A stretch of 64,000 bases of DNA from Oculina patagonica. Its lineage: Eukaryota. Where the stretch lies: contig NC_135761.1 in NCBI RefSeq assembly GCF_052425735.1, positions 36,208,001 to 36,272,000 on the forward strand, read 5' to 3'. Under the pieces are notes generated by a model. It saw nothing but the letters and a program-made list of their open reading frames with translations. It was not told the origin of the DNA and ran no database searches. The position numbers and the translations under genes are program-made. The first letter of the stretch is position 1; each line of letters starts with the position of its first letter. Positions 63,327 to 64,000 of the stretch are shown here, piece by piece.

Positions 63327-64000
63327 TTAAAATCCGACCAGAGAAAATCGTGAAAAGGAAAACATGAGAATTCAGATAACTTGCCAGATGTTATGTTTAC
63401 GAATACAATTCACTTACAAATTGATAAGTGAAACCGACCAATAGACTGTTGTTTACCTAATCAACAAGCTCGTGGAATTATGAGACCTTTATCAACCGGA
63501 TGACTTCATTATTTCCCTTGTCAGACTCTACACTAAAGTACAAGCGAATAAATATTAAGCGAAATTGTAAAGCAAATAAATGCTTCGAAATCCGACTGCA
63601 AAGCGTACGTGGAGGCAAAAGGAAGGCAGACACGGATCATTAATTCTTGTTAATTCCACCAATTGGAGTATTTGTTTGGCTTAGGAAGCTACTTCTTAAT
63701 TCATTACTGCGGTCCTTTCATCTTACACCTCGCTTAGCTTGAGCTAAAATATCGGAGAGATCAAATATTTTAAAAGAAAAGAAAATCTTATGTGTTTTCT
63801 TGTTTTTAATTTTTTTGTTTGTTTCAGGTTTTTAATTTTTTTTGTGTATTTTTGGCTAAGTTTTGTGTTGTATAAGCGTGTAAATATCAAAGCTGAAGTT
63901 CGTAGCTTTCTGATGAATAGCAAATAGAGCAAAAACGTATCCTAACAATATGCTTTGAAGTTAAATATTTAACAATTATTCTGCGAAATCGCGCGGAATA

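Overview
AT-rich eukaryotic genomic DNA with GT-AG introns and one N gap (4978-5358). The repeat repertoire suggests an anthozoan such as a stony coral (inference). I found no intact host gene. The window is mostly decayed transposons around one apparently intact element: an 8,478-bp Sola3-type DNA transposon (21587-30064). It has TTAA target duplications, GAG...CTC ends, ~892-bp near-identical TIRs and a six-exon, stop-free ORF of 1,162 aa encoding a DDD transposase. Other mobile DNA includes a 5'-truncated L1/Tx1 LINE with TSD nested in a palindromic Crypton-like element, an RTE fragment with TSD, and two Penelope-like elements, one carrying an inverted pseudo-LTR with a minimal hammerhead ribozyme. 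There are also remnants of Sola1, CACTA, hAT, pogo and MULE-like transposases, many MITEs, a tRNA-SINE and two minisatellites. Unusual decayed genes include a spliced DUF3987-like P-loop NTPase, a D5/SF3-like helicase, a CbbX/CfxQ-like AAA+ ATPase, an alpha-kinase and an F-box gene. A MULE-like element has its two ends in swapped order around the same 9-bp duplication. Family assignments come from motif recognition by eye, not from database searches.
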